DNA of 64,000 nucleotides from Camelus ferus. Lineage: Eukaryota. Made by a program: the position numbers and the translations under genes. The notes beneath the pieces were generated by a model. It was given only the letters and a program-made list of their open reading frames with translations. It searched no databases and was not told the origin of the DNA. The stretch is from contig NC_045698.1 of the NCBI RefSeq assembly GCF_009834535.1, positions 9,178,001-9,242,000 of the forward strand, written 5' to 3'. Below are positions 25,386-38,635 of this stretch, piece after piece. Numbering within the stretch: position 1 is the first letter of the stretch; every line of letters starts with the position of its first letter.

Positions 25386-26934
25386 AAGAAAAGACAACGT
25401 GGAAACACACTGGAATTTACTTCCTTTGGTAGCCACTGAAAAGCATTTAGAACAGACAAAAGTTAAGGAGACTTTTGCAGCATTTAGAGTTTTATTCAAC
25501 AGAGACAAGTGAAAAGATTTTCCTAGAGAACTTATCAAATGTCAAAGATGTTTAAAAGCAGAATGTCCTCAACTGCAGAGTTCCCACAACTCCTCAGAAT
25601 TTGGAATATTGTTGAGAGTGGGAGGGGCTAGGTCAATTGGACTGTGAAGCCTTGATAGCTCTGGGTCATATTTTTTTGTTGGTTTGTTTTGCTTTAAATT
25701 TTCACAGAGAAAAAAGTAGGCAAGCTTGAGACCACTCATTCAGAGAGGGAAAAAAAGTCACACGGGAAAGAGGAAACTGGATAAGACATGAGCACCTCTG
25801 GGAGTCGAGGAGGGAATAAAGAATAATGTAATTGAGAAGCTTAGGAAGATGTTTCCTCTAACCTGGTCTGAAATAGAGAACTTAAGAGTCTCCCTGTATC
25901 ACTGAAAACAAGCACCCAGGGACCGAGGACTTTGGCAACACAGATGCCTTCTTCTTCTGCTCTCCACCCGCAATGGCTACTGTGAGCACAGGAAAAACGG
26001 ATTAACCTTGTAACGTCCTTACTCCCCACATGCCATCAGTGTTATGAAAAAACTTTTGCTCCTTCTTCTCCCATAATTTTTTCCCTAGGAACTTTTTCAG
26101 TATGAGAGAAGAAAAAATAGATAACGTCTAGATTTTTTTCTGAACCATGATAGGGTGGGTGTAGTCCTAAAAAATACTGGCCTGCATCCTAACAGTAATG
26201 CCCCCCTTTGCCATACTTTTTCTAGAGCAGTTTGCAAAGAAATACTCCAGTACTACAAGATGTTTTGGCAGACTTTTATCATAGCATGGCCTTGATGGAC
26301 ATGATGGATTGATGACATGAACAATTTCAAAACATAAAAGTTAAACCACTCTTGTTTCTCTTCTGGTATACATACTATTTGCCCTAGAAATGAAAGATAC
26401 TTGCTCATGTTATTTTAAGGTATTTGAACAAGCCGCATTTATGAGCTCTCAGGAACACTGCACATTAGCTTTGTTTTAAAGCCAGTGAAGGGCCAATTCT
26501 GTAATGTGATTGGTATGTACATTTTCTCTTTCAATTCTATTAATACTAATTTACAACAGCTGATAGTGCATTATCTCTCAGAAATGCATGCAAATGACTT
26601 CCTGAAATGGATCATTAAATATTTGCCTTTTATCAGAATACATTTAATTTACCTGCTGAATATTAGAGCATTCAGCTAGAGAAAGTTATAGAAGTGAAAA
26701 ACCAGTTTTTTTATATGAGAAAAATAGCCGGGAACTTTTTCCTATTTTACATACCAAATAGCATTTGCTTGTATGGGAAAACTGTTATTGGAAGCAAGGG
26801 AACATACCTGCCTTTTCACTATTTCTGCTGCCTTGAATGGACACAGGGAGGACGAGGCTCTCCTTCTTACTGTTGGCCCATTTTTGTGATTCATCTTTTC
26901 ACCCCTCAGACTTCACTATATCAAGTGTTTTATT

Positions 26935-28100
26935 CCTTTAGCTTTATAATGAATTATAACTTATATACAAAAATCAAACAAATTGAAGAGTGTATCTCAG
27001 TGAATTCTCGGCAAGTGACAATGTGTGAGCAGCAGCAGCAGACCGTCCCCGGTCCCTGGAGGCCTCCCTTCTCATCATCCTCGTATGTGGCAAACTGAAC
27101 ACCAAGTTCCAATTACACAGATGAGTTTTGTCTGCTCATGGGCTTTGTATAAACGGAAACTTACAGTATGTTATATGCTCGGTTCACTTTCTTTTCTTAA
27201 AAAATAGTTTGCGAGCTTCACCCACATGCCTGTGCATTATTACAGCCCATGCAGTGCCACTGCCCTCTTGGATTTGTTGTGTGAACCACCCCCAAACTTC
27301 TTTACCCATTTCACTGTTGATGGGCTTTTAGCTGTTTTCATCTGGGATGATTTTGTGTAAAGCTGCTATGAACATCCTTGTATACGATTCTTTTGAACAC
27401 GTGTTTGCACTTCTCTTGAGAGTTACGGGAGGAGGATAGCTGGGTCCTACATCATGAATAATTCAGCTTTAGCAGATACTACTCCACTGTTTTCAAAAGA
27501 GATCATAGCAATTTACATGCTTACTAGCTGAGCATTCTGGTGGCTTCACTTTCATGGTTAACACGTAGCATTGTATTCCTTTTTTTGTTTTAGTCATTTT
27601 GATGTCTGCGTAGCTGCTTTGTGTTGTGTTTTTAATTTGCATTTCTATGATGATTAATAAAGTTGAATAACTTTTCATATGCTTACTGCCCGTTTGAATA
27701 TACTCTTGTGAATTGCCTCAAGACTTTTGTCCATTTTTCTACAGGATTTTCTGACTTTTTCTCATTGATTTGTGTTTTTATTATCTGGATGCAAGTTCTT
27801 AGATGTATCTGCTGCAATATCTTCTTCCACTTGGAGTTTGTTTTTCTCCTTAATGATATCTTTTGACAAAAAGTAAATTTTCATCTTAATATAATGCAAA
27901 AAATTAGAGCTTGAAACTTCTTTTTTCATCCTATTTTATAATTTGTGTTTTCCTCCCCAAGGCAATGGAAATGCTTTCCTATATGCTCTTCTAGCATCTT
28001 TGCTATTTTACATTTTATATTTAGACATGCAATTCATCTAGGGTTGACTGTGTTGTATAGCATGAGGTAAGGGTTGATGCATTTTGGATATCTAAATGAT
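26935..28100 (-). mobile_element. Old L1 (L1ME/MD-like) 3' UTR plus ORF2 C-terminal region
   Basis: AAAGCTGCTATGAACATCCTTGTA..GATAGCTGGGTC..TTTTAATTTGCATTTCTATGATGATTAATAAAGTTGAATAACTTTTCATATGCTTA is classic antisense L1. Confidence 0.85.
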
Positions 28101-28116
28101 TGATCAAAAAGACAAT

Positions 28117-28327
28117 AATTCTTGTGTACTTGGAATTTGCTAAGAGGGTTGATCTTAAGTGTTCTCACCACAAACAAAAAATATGACAACCATGTAAAGT
28201 AATGGTTATGTTAAATAGCTTGATTGTGGTAATGAATTCATGATGTGTGCATATGTAAAAACAGTGCATTGAACCTTAACATTCAATTTTTGTCAGTTAT
28301 ATCTCAATAAGGCTAGAGGTGGGGAAG
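28117..28327 (+). mobile_element. Short L1 3' end (L1MA9/L1MB-like) with TSD
   Basis: AATTTGCTAAGAGGGTTGATCTTAAGTGTTCTCACCAC..TAGCTTGATTGTGGTAAT..TATCTCAATAAGGCT, flanked on both sides by AAAAGACAAT. Confidence 0.85.
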
Positions 28328-28366
28328 AAAAGACAATCTCTCACTATTTCAAATTTAATTTTGCAC

Positions 28367-28730
28367 TGTGTCATAGTCAGTTTGGGCTGCCATAACAAAT
28401 TATCAAAGACAAGGTAGCTTATAAACATTAGACATTTATTTCTCAGTTTCGGAGGCTAGAAGTTTGTGATCAAGGTGCCAGCATAATGGGGTTCTGGTGA
28501 GAGCCTCTTTCTGGTTCAATCAGAAGATTGGCTTCCCCTTGTGTCCTCATGTGTCAGAAAAAGAGTGAGAATGCCTTCTGGGGTCTCTTTTATGAGGTGC
28601 CCCATTCATGAGGGCACCACCCTCAGGACATAAATGACCTCTGAAAGTTCTCTTCTCCAAAACCATCACATTGGAAGTTAGGATTTCAACATTCAGATCT
28701 CTGGGAGACACAAACATTCAGCCCATCACA
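28367..28730 (-). mobile_element. MLT1A0-like solo LTR, near full length
   Basis: TG..AGTCAGTTTGGGCTGCCATAACAAA..GGAGGCTAGAAG..ATCAAGGTGCCAGCA..GAGACACAAACATTCAGCCCATCACA, with TG..CA termini. Confidence 0.9.
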
Positions 28731-29934
28731 CCCTTATTGTGTTTTCATAAATATACTGTGTGGAAGAAATTCTATCCTTGTTTTCTACTTATTTATTGCC
28801 ATTTTATTTAATACATATTTCACTTTCTTTTAAAGTGGATTTCCACCATAACTAGAACAGGGCTTCATGTGAAATAAAGAAATTTGAGTTATTGATTGCA
28901 ATTGATAGAAAAAAATACAGAGATTTTCACTTGATTACAGTATTGGGAAGTCCCTAAAAATAGAGTCAAAATTCATAAAATGTAAATTAAACAGAATACT
29001 ATAAAAAGAGCAGTTATAAAAATGGTCATAGAGATAATATAAAAATGTAAAAGGTAATAATCCTTCAGAAAGAACATAGGTAAAAAATATGTCACATTTT
29101 TGAGGAAATATATGGATAATTTCCCATATTACAGAGATACTACTTCTATCTAGAAACTTTTGATATGCATTAATATAATAAAGTTACTAAAAATTACCAT
29201 CATGGCCATCGCAACAGCAGCAATATATTGAATAATATTTTTTAAGCATTTGTTGTAAGACAGCCACAAGGATTAGGATGGCTCTGCCAATTTACAACTT
29301 AATTAAAATATCTTAGTCTTGAGAAAATTCATTTATAAACCAGACTGAGCCAATTAAATAAATGTGGAGAGGTGTATGTCTGCATATATTCATAAATACA
29401 TGAAATATTATCTTATTTTCCATGTAGATCAAAATATGCATGTCTAGAAAGATATAGATAAGAATATAGACAGAGGTGCTATATGCACACATGTGTCTAT
29501 AGAAAGAAAGACAGGAGTGAAGAAAAGAAAAAAGAATGAAAGAAAGGAGAGAGCAGGAAGAAAAGGAAAAAACAAAGAAATAACTGTACATACGCACCTG
29601 TAGAGTTGTCTGTAAGGAGCAGAAGCTGTATAATAATATTTCAATTGTGATTAAATGTGGGGTTTCATTGTGGTTATTTTATTATATGTCTATGTTTTAA
29701 TGTATTTCTCACATTTATAAATTATGCTTTTAATCAGAAAACCTTTTTGGAAGTATATGATGCTTTCTGTAACATAAGGAGGTTTTCATAGAGCATTAAA
29801 AATAAAATGGTTTTAATCCCCAAATCATTATAGATGATAAAATAGAAATATGTCTGACATGTTTTCGACACATTATTCTGGCATGTAAAATTCTAACTTT
29901 AATAAGAGCTCTCTATATTTTGGTTCCTACTCTG

Positions 29935-30050
29935 CCTGGTTCCCATGATAGCTCTGTTTTAGACGGGAGAACACTGAGGGTCATAGAGATTTAGATAATA
30001 CAATTCAAACTTGGCAGAAGCTCTACCCAAGTCATCGTGCTCCTACTCTA
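29935..30050 (-). mobile_element. Degenerate MIR
   Basis: CTGTTTTAGACGGGAGAACACTGAGGGTCATAGAGATTTAG resembles the MIR core. Confidence 0.5.
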
Positions 30051-33000
30051 GACCTTTGTATTTGGGAAAGGTTGAAGGTTAAACATTTTAGAAAGTCTTA
30101 ATAGAGGAACTGACTGAGTCAATATTTTATGAACCACAATTTATCATGGTCACTTTGTTTATTAGCCAGAAAATGGCAGTTAAAGCTGATTTTTATCTTT
30201 TATCTACTCTGGTACCAGATTGTTAACTAACCAAACTCTCCCTAAAGACAGTCTAACTGAACAGCTGTAAATTCCACGGAATTTAGAAGGTGAATAATGT
30301 AGATAGAGAGACACTCAGTCTTAATCTTGTTACGCTCATAATCAGAGTCTTTTATGGCTGGCTAAGGTCAAAACTCAGGGAGAGAGAAACACACATAGTC
30401 ATAAGACTCAATCTAAAGTATTTTTAATATATGGAGAAAAAGAATGAATGATGCTACCACACTTTCCAGGAAAATATGTTCCCTGGTGTGGAAAAACAAA
30501 GCAATGAATTAGACATTCTTTTAGTTCATGGAGAAGTGTGCTGACAAAAGAACTGAAAGGCAGAAAGGCTAATCTATACTAAGAGCAAATAAGCTTTCCA
30601 GTAGAAATGAATTGCTATCCTTCCAATATGAAGGAGCCCAATGTGATTAATCAGCCACCAGAAGGCTGGCTAGTCCTCTAAAGCATGATGCCCTGCTCAG
30701 GGGTCGGGGTCAGTCTCTGCAGTGTGTGAACAGGTCAGCTATTGCTGTCACCATGCATTACCTGCATATCTGCCTTCTCAGTCACTGCATGTGTGTTTTC
30801 AGGCAAAAACAGAGTGGCTGGGGTAAGACGACCTTATACCCATAGAATAGGTCATTTTGAATTTCTAATTATGTAGCACATTTATGGAAATAAACACCAT
30901 AATGAAACTGACACAGGACAAAAATGCCCTCTTACCTTCACTCATTCTGAGACGCTCATCCACACACATTATTCCCAGGCTTCCATATTACCAATGACCT
31001 TTGTCTTGTCCTTTCTTGATCCCAGATTATTGAACCAACTAGTGCCAGAAACGACTGCTGCCACCTCTCCTTTGAGGCAAAGTGAATAATCAGATGCACC
31101 ATTTATAATGGACACAGCTGAGGTTGTTTTCCTCACCGTACATCTGGGAAGTGCATGTATGAAGCGTGCATATATGAAGCTGTTACGCTGCAGCCTTCCA
31201 ATTTGGGGTGATATTTGCATATGTATAGAATTGTCAGTAAACCAGCCACATGGTTTTCTTCTATTTCGTCAACGCGCTGACAATAGGGAACTCTCATAAG
31301 GCCAGGAGTGAGGGTTAAAGGAGAGATATCAACAGAGTAGCACCCAAAGTCATGGGAGTCCAACTCCCTTGCACTTTCTACTTCCTTTTGCCTCCAGAAC
31401 CTACTCAAAAGCTACATCACACATGCCAATTTCACTTAAGGATGGAATTTTTCTGGGACCACCCACCTGGATAGCTTGGTCAGTCAAATCGTATCTAGAT
31501 AATAATAGAGAGCTCAGATCTCAGGATTTCTCATGGTAATGCCTCCTCAGATGTATACAGCAAGACAGAAAATGTCTTTGTTTTTTGTTTTATTTGCCCC
31601 AAAACATGAATAGTTACCTACAAAAGTAGCCTTTTCCTCATCCAAAATCTTAGGCATCTCTGCCATAATTCTCCTAGGGCGGTCTTCCAGAGCTTCATAC
31701 TTTCCTGCTCCATAAGTCTGTTGAAGAATCTTTTCCTCCTCTTGGCCTCACTCAAAAAGGCAACCTTATGGGTAACTTGGAAAACAAAACAAAACAACAA
31801 ACAAGAACTTTTGAAGTATGCCCAAATGTGATCTATTCCTCCAGAATTCAGAGAGACTCATTAGGATTTGTACCTCTTTTAGTGGTCGGATAGTATTTGT
31901 ACTTCACCTTGCAGTCTCAAGACATTTCAGAACTTATGATCCCTAAAACATGATCCAGGTGGGGCATTCCTTAACGTCACATGTTTATTCTACCGACTGG
32001 CACATAAACGTTATTCCAATGTATCTAGAGTATGTTTGTTCTACTTCCTGTTCATCAAGTCCAACAGAATGATACCATTCATAGAGAGGACTGCAGTGAT
32101 ACCATAAGTACAGTAAGATAATCAAAACTCCTGCAAACCAGATTACTACAGAGGGTTCAAGACTTGGTTTATCCTTGATGTAAGAAAGATTACTGCTGTG
32201 TCTGTTAGGTTAAGTCAAACGTTTGTTTGTGGTCTTTGCTAACAAATGTAGAGAAAAATAAGGCCCTAGGAAGGCATGCATGTATCAAACTCTCTTTTGA
32301 TTTGCTTCAGAAGATCACATCATGAACAATACTTACAATTATAGCCAATAATGATTGGGTTTATAATAGTCTACTCTCATTTCCTAGAGTTTATTGAATA
32401 TGTTCGTCAAATTGTGATGTGATAGTCATTTTCAGCCTTGCATTTTCCAAGTATCTGACAAGGTGCAAACTCTGTAATTCCTCTAAAAGTGATACGGGTT
32501 TCAGTTTACTATTTTAATAAGAACCTGGTCTGCTATTTGTCCTTTCTGCCATGACAACTGTAACTCCCTGGGTGAAAAAACAGTATGAGATCTATGCTAT
32601 AATGTTGAAGGTGTTTTGTTTTAACCATAGATACAAGAATTGAGGGAATGAGTGAGCTTGAAACCAGATCCACTGGGCCAACTCCTACTTGGGCAAAAAG
32701 ACTGTCACCTGATTTATATAGGCTCCTATGCTGACTGCTGGGGTGCAGTTGTGTTGGTCCAGCTAACTAAAAACAATAAAAGTAGAGAGAGGGGACAAGT
32801 TTTACATGTATATGGCGGAGAGATTCACATCTGAGTTTTCTCTTCTCTTTTTGCTGCAAGACGTCAAGCTGTGATTGAATCTGCCCCTGTTCGGGGGGCA
32901 CCATTTTGAGAAGCTGTGTTTTGGCATTATCTAGCCTCGTAATATCCCTCCTGATCGCTCAGGAAGATGGGTGAGACTCACAGGATGAGTCTAGTCTAAC

Positions 33001-34179
33001 TATTAATAGAGCTTCCTCTGCTGTTCAAGCTGGCAGTGGAGGTGAAATGGGGGAAGGTGAAATCTGGAGCTTAAATGACTGACAAGAGAGAAATATTGTC
33101 ACAGATTATAACTAAGAAATTATAACCAATAAAAAACATACTTAGGAACCCTCAAAATAAGTACTGGGAGGTTAGGAAGAACTTAAAGCCATTGAGGCCC
33201 TGAAATCCTGCTTTGGTGGAGTGGGGAACTGAGTTTTCTTTCACTATCATAAAAAATAATATAGAAACATGCTCCCACAGGGGAAGCAGCTCAGAGTTGT
33301 CACCCGTGACTCTGCCATCAATAGCCTGGTCATAGAGTGAATGTGCTGGCTGTCACTTCCCTCCATGTAACGGCAGTGTGTGTCCCTGAATGTTTACTAA
33401 AATTTAAGTTACTTAAATTCACTAACTTCACAAATGTTTGTAATTAACTCCAACTAGTTTATTAAAGATACACGCAAGTGCCTGGGGAAGGAAGTGCATG
33501 GGGGTATGTGTTGATGATTATGTTTGGCTAATTTCATAGTCAGTTTGCAAGTCCAAGAATTTCCAGACTTCCGTGTTCAGTGTTCCATGTCCCTTGGTGA
33601 TCTGTGGACTCCCCAGATATGTGAAATACAAAATGATTGATTAATTATCCAGCTCAGCCATTATCAAGTCTATACTTGTATACAGTATTCAGTTATGTGT
33701 GTGTGTCTATACACATCACTTCACCCAAGATGCCTTTACCTACAAATTAAGAGTCAACCCATCTCAAACACTTTTTTTTTGGTCTGTTTATCTTTCACAG
33801 CTATCTACAAGGAACAGTTCAAATCCTGAGTCTAACCTCCCTATTTATTTTTCTCAAGGCTGTCTCGCAAACTATCTACACCCCTTTGTCACTTTTTTTG
33901 TCGACTTTTTAATTTTATCCCATTCTCACCTTTTTCCATGTATTCCCAACAGCTCCATGAGAACTTCCGTGCATGCCTACTGGCACCACATTTCTATGGG
34001 ATTAAAGAAACATAAATAAATACTGGAAAACAATCTGTGAAAAGGGAATTCCCTGTGTGTTAAGGATTATTGTGTAAGATTTTTTGAGTGGAATCATTTT
34101 TTAATTAATTGGAACAGAATTTAAAATGTCTAATTATACAAAGTAAATATAAAATGCAAACAAGACTAAGTGATGAAAT

Positions 34180-34306
34180 CATTGACAATGTGAGTATACT
34201 TACTATTCAGCTGTGGGATTTTCAAGTATGTATCTATCAAAGTGCATCAAATTATGCATCTGAAATATGTGTAGTTTACTGTACAGGAACCATGCCACAA
34301 TAAAGT
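34180..34306 (+). mobile_element. Old L1 extreme 3' end fragment
   Basis: CATCAAATTATGCATCTGAAATATGTGTAGTTTACTGTAC..CCACAATAAAGTT. Confidence 0.55.
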
Positions 34307-36428
34307 TTTTGTTTGTTTGTTTGCTTTTTAAGATTGGATTTAGACGAGGAAAATAGCTAAATTCAGGTTAGATTGAGACTTGAGGACCGTTTTGTTTTTT
34401 GCTGTCAGTTACCCGAGTATGAAAATTAGCAACTAAATCAGGAAAAGGAAAGACAGGGCACCAACCTCTTAAGTTAGTCTAGTTAGAAGTCACCTGCTTT
34501 GTGAAAGAATGTCAGGTTTGGTTGCAGTGGGCCTCAGAGAATTCCAGCTGGTTAGTTAGTGTTTTTAATTGATGCGAACCTCAATTAAAATTTTCTAACT
34601 CTAATTAGGTTGAAGATTATGAAGTCAAAGGGAGTAGGCTCTTTGAGACTAGACTTCATAATAGTGAATCTTACCATTGATATGCGTGTAAGTAGATTAT
34701 ATTTTAAAATCCTGTAACAAAACAATAAAGTTCAGTTTTTACAGACCAAACCATCACTTCATCTAAAGAGTTGCCTCAAATATTTTTTTTTAGGAAAAAC
34801 TATGTGCAGACACTTACCAAATACCTCAGAGCATGTTTATTTCCCTTCAGCTTCAGTGTCAGCAGGCTAACAGGATTATAGTACAGCAGATGTGGCATGA
34901 AACACTGATTTTCGGTGATACATTCTGCATCTTAATTTATAGTTCATTATCTTTTCTGCAACAAAACTCCATTTGGGTGAGTCCCCAAAGGGAATACAAA
35001 TATTTTAACAGTTTCTTGTCCCTGACAAGCTTGCTCTGAAACTATGAGCTGATATTTTTACCTTTAACATAATTTATCTCCAATAAACATAATCAGATGT
35101 CTCTTTTCTGATTCTCCTACTAAAAAGACACTTTCTCTTTTAGAATTCTGGACTATAATCAACTTATTCTTGAGCAATTCTCCTGTGTTTAAACCAGATA
35201 ATTAATATATGATATTTTAACTTTAAAAAGTATTAAATTTTGCAAAGCATTTACCTTTATTTTTGTGGTAAACATTGATATGTATGGTTGACTGTTTTAG
35301 TTAGAATTTTAAATTAAAGTGCTTATTTTTCATGACAGAAAATAGAGTCTATTCCAAAGTATATAGTATGAAATTGTCAAAATGATTTTACTTCTTTTTT
35401 TTTTCCTATCTGTGGCTTCTCTCTTTTCTTTTGTATTATTACTAGAATGATGCAGCATAAAATCAATAACCAATTGTCATGCTGTGGTCATGACATTCGG
35501 AGTTTAATTTCCTATTTATTTTTTACTTCTTTTAACAAATATCAGACACAAAAAACACTGGAAAATATCTATGAATCAAAATATAATCTAAAACTGAGAC
35601 AGACCTAATATTGACACCAAATATCTGTAATCACCTCTTACCTGGTTTTTCTCTATTTTAGCTTTCACTAATATTCAACACATTGAAAACAGAAGACCTT
35701 TCTAAAACAGACAAAATAATTTTACTTTCTGTAAGTAAAAATCTTAAGTGAACATTAGTTGCTCTATTGGTAATAAATCAAGCCTGTCATGAAGACATAC
35801 CCCATCCCACAGAAGTTAGATCAGACTTCCCTTACAAGCTCATCTCTCTTCACTGAACTATTGTGTATTTATTTCTTTCCCACTTTTCCCATGTTACCCC
35901 ATATTTTCCTGTTTGATTATCACAGCAACTTTGTATTAAGTATTATAATACTCTCCATTAAAAGACAAAGCATTATTAGGTCAACCTTTGAGTGACATGT
36001 CCAAAAAGATCACACCACTAAGAAATTATAACACCGGGATTCTATTACCTTCTCGGTCACTGAAGAAGCTAGTTCCTTTATGTTCTAGATATCAACATAA
36101 GTCATCTCTGCCGAGGTAGCATAGCAAGTGTTCAGGGCACCTTAGGCTTCATAAGTCAAACAGATTTTGATACTTTCTTTCCAGCATGTAACTCAGGGTT
36201 TCTTGAGCTCAGATACTGCATACAAATCAGTAGTCTCTGTTCTTTTAGACATGAACTTCATCCTTGGCTATTCTAGAATTCCATCTCACTGAGATCAATG
36301 GTAGACACAACCATGGAAAAATAATCATTTGATGCATGCAGGTGTAGAAGAGATATTATAGTATTATTTTTCCCTTTAAAAATGTCATTTATATTTTATC
36401 TTTTCTACAATTCGTATGCCATTAGTTA

Positions 36429-36580
36429 TCTCTCTCTTCCTTTCACTTTCTCTTTTTCTTTTTTCTTCCTTTCCTCCTCCCTCCCTCCTTTCTTTCTTTC
36501 TTTTTCTTTCTTATCTCTTTCTCTCTCCATTTTTCCCTTCCTTCTTTCTTTTTTCTTCTTTCTATCCCTTTTTCCCTTTA
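36429..36580. repeat. Low-complexity CT-rich tract
   Basis: Pyrimidine-rich degenerate (TTTC/CCT)n; explains ORFs 36382..36657 and 36416..36622. Confidence 0.85.
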
Positions 36581-36684
36581 TTTTTCAATTTTTTCACATA
36601 CATATATACATACTTTTCATAATAGCTTCAAATTATCATAACAGTTTTAAAAGTTAAATATCCAGTGTTACCTAAAAGATATTT

Positions 36685-36850
36685 AACAGGGCTTGATCCA
36701 AATTTTCTACCAGCTTAGCTGTAAGATTTTGGGTAACTCAACCTCTTCAGGTAACTTTTTTTTAATATTACACTTTTTTTTAAATAAAGAGAAGAATTAA
36801 GTTAGATATGTGGGTTTGTGGTCAGTTCTAGCTGTAAAGTTATATGATTG
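36685..36850 (+). mobile_element. Degenerate MIR
   Basis: GGGCTTGATCC..CTACCAGCTTAGCTGTAAGATTTTGGGTAACTCAACCTCT resembles the MIR 5' part. Confidence 0.45.
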
Positions 36851-38556
36851 TAATTTGTATTTTTTAAATAGATCTTATGGGTGATTTTCCTTTTTCTGGC
36901 AATGTCCCTACCAATTGGCATTTTTAAAAAGCTTTTATACCTCTAGGTAACTGGATTACTCAGTATTGTTGAAACACTTTTAAATTAAAGGATTCATTAT
37001 ATTCTCAGAGCATGTAGTTAGAATGCAGAGAAATAACACTCTTGGTTACTCTCAGAGTGTATTCTGTCATTCTTTTCCTAATGTTAGACTTATTTCATTA
37101 CAGTTGTAGTAGTCACAAGTAACAATCATAATATTGTCTTTCCAGTTCTTGCTGGTTGTTTTACTCCTACAGATTTTGATATTTGCTTTGGGTTTTCTAA
37201 TTTGTCTTTCTTTAATGGTGTAGACTATTTTTTAAGAGAAAATTCTCCTTCCCATCCAATTCTATTGTCAGGACGTTATTTCTTTCCCGCCCTCCTGCAG
37301 GAAGTAGTTGTGCTTTGCCCAAGACTAGGTCAGAGTGTGCTTTCTTTCCCATCTTCCTTCCTTCTGACTACCCATCTTCTCTTCTCTCCCTCGAGTTAAG
37401 GTCACTAAGACATGAGCTGCTGGAACCGAATTCAATTCAGGGGAAAAGAGATAGGAAATTCACCCTCTTTTCTTGTCCAATCAATATTTTCTAGTCTGTT
37501 GTACTGGTAATAAAGGTATTATTTTGTAGATATCTTTCTTATGCCCTCTACTTCTCAATTGGTTTAAAATCTAGAAGGGAAGGCAGTTTGACACAATCTA
37601 CTTCAGCAGGTCACAGCGAATCTCAGCACAACACCCAATGCTCTTGTGATCCAAGAGCTTTTTCAAAGGATTTAATGTTTAAGAGGCTTAAATTCCTTAA
37701 AAGACTACAAGTGCCCTGAATAAGCCATGATTTATTAAAACGTCTTTCTAAGCCCAGCATGATTCTTTCAGGGTCTTGTTTATCGTTAATGTTCAAATCA
37801 TATTGGTGAAATAATTAAATTTAGAGAAATAACAAATATTGATAAAAATACAGCATATTCTGTAATTTACTTGGCAAAAGAAAGCTAATGTATGGTGTTT
37901 CTGTTTCAGAAGAGACCTAAAATAGTATTGTGATTATTATACATATATTATTTAAATGCTATTTCCAAGTTAATATGATATTTTGGTTTTAGTTTAGAAC
38001 ATTTGTTATGTCATCATCATCTTTGCATCACCCATCACATAGATGGTGCACTGAACACTATAGGAACTTAATAAACAATGGCTGGAATACAGATACTTTT
38101 ATTTACAAGAGGACTGTGTAAAGTAAACTGAATTGGATATACATTAATTTTCTTCTGTAGTTCATTAAAAAAGCATGGGTAGAATATAGACTCCACTTAA
38201 CCTTTAAGAATTCTGGCTGGAAGCAAATTTTTATCTCTCTCAGTCAACAAAATTCCACAAAGGGAACAAGGTTGTTCAATATTTAGATACTTTCTTGTGC
38301 TTTAGTTACACAAACAAAAGGCCAACAGCTGTTTATAAATCTCCTTTAGCATTAAATTCTGGCTTAAGGAAATCAAATTTCCAACACAGAGAACTCCATC
38401 CCGTGGGAGGTCACTTAATCCAATAGGAATTTGGCGATAGTAACTGACTTCAAGAGTAAGGTCCTCAATACGTGCTCATTGACCCTGGAAAATGTTACAA
38501 GAACACGCACTAATGAGGAATTTATCTGGTGAGCAATTAGAACAGAACACTTTTGT

Positions 38557-38635
38557 GGGAGGGCAATAGCTCAGTGGTGGTACGTGCTTAGCATGCTAGA
38601 GGACCTAGGTTCAGTCCCCAGTACCTCCATAAAAA
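38557..38635 (+). mobile_element. tRNA-Ala(AGC)-derived SINE (vic-1-like), diverged copy
   Basis: GGGAGGGCAATAGCTCAGTGG..GTGCTTAGCATGCTAGAGGACCTAGGTTCAGTCCCCAGTACCTCCATAAAAA, with a short A tail and flanking CAGAACAC repeats (38543-38550 and 38637-38644). Confidence 0.88.

Noticed and set aside
32600..33000. GC-richer stretch that might be an ancient LTR
   Set aside because: I could not assign termini or a family; it needs a Dfam search.
33401..33419. Inverted repeat AATTTAAGT-T-ACTTAAATT
   Set aside because: Short and AT-rich, so within chance expectation.
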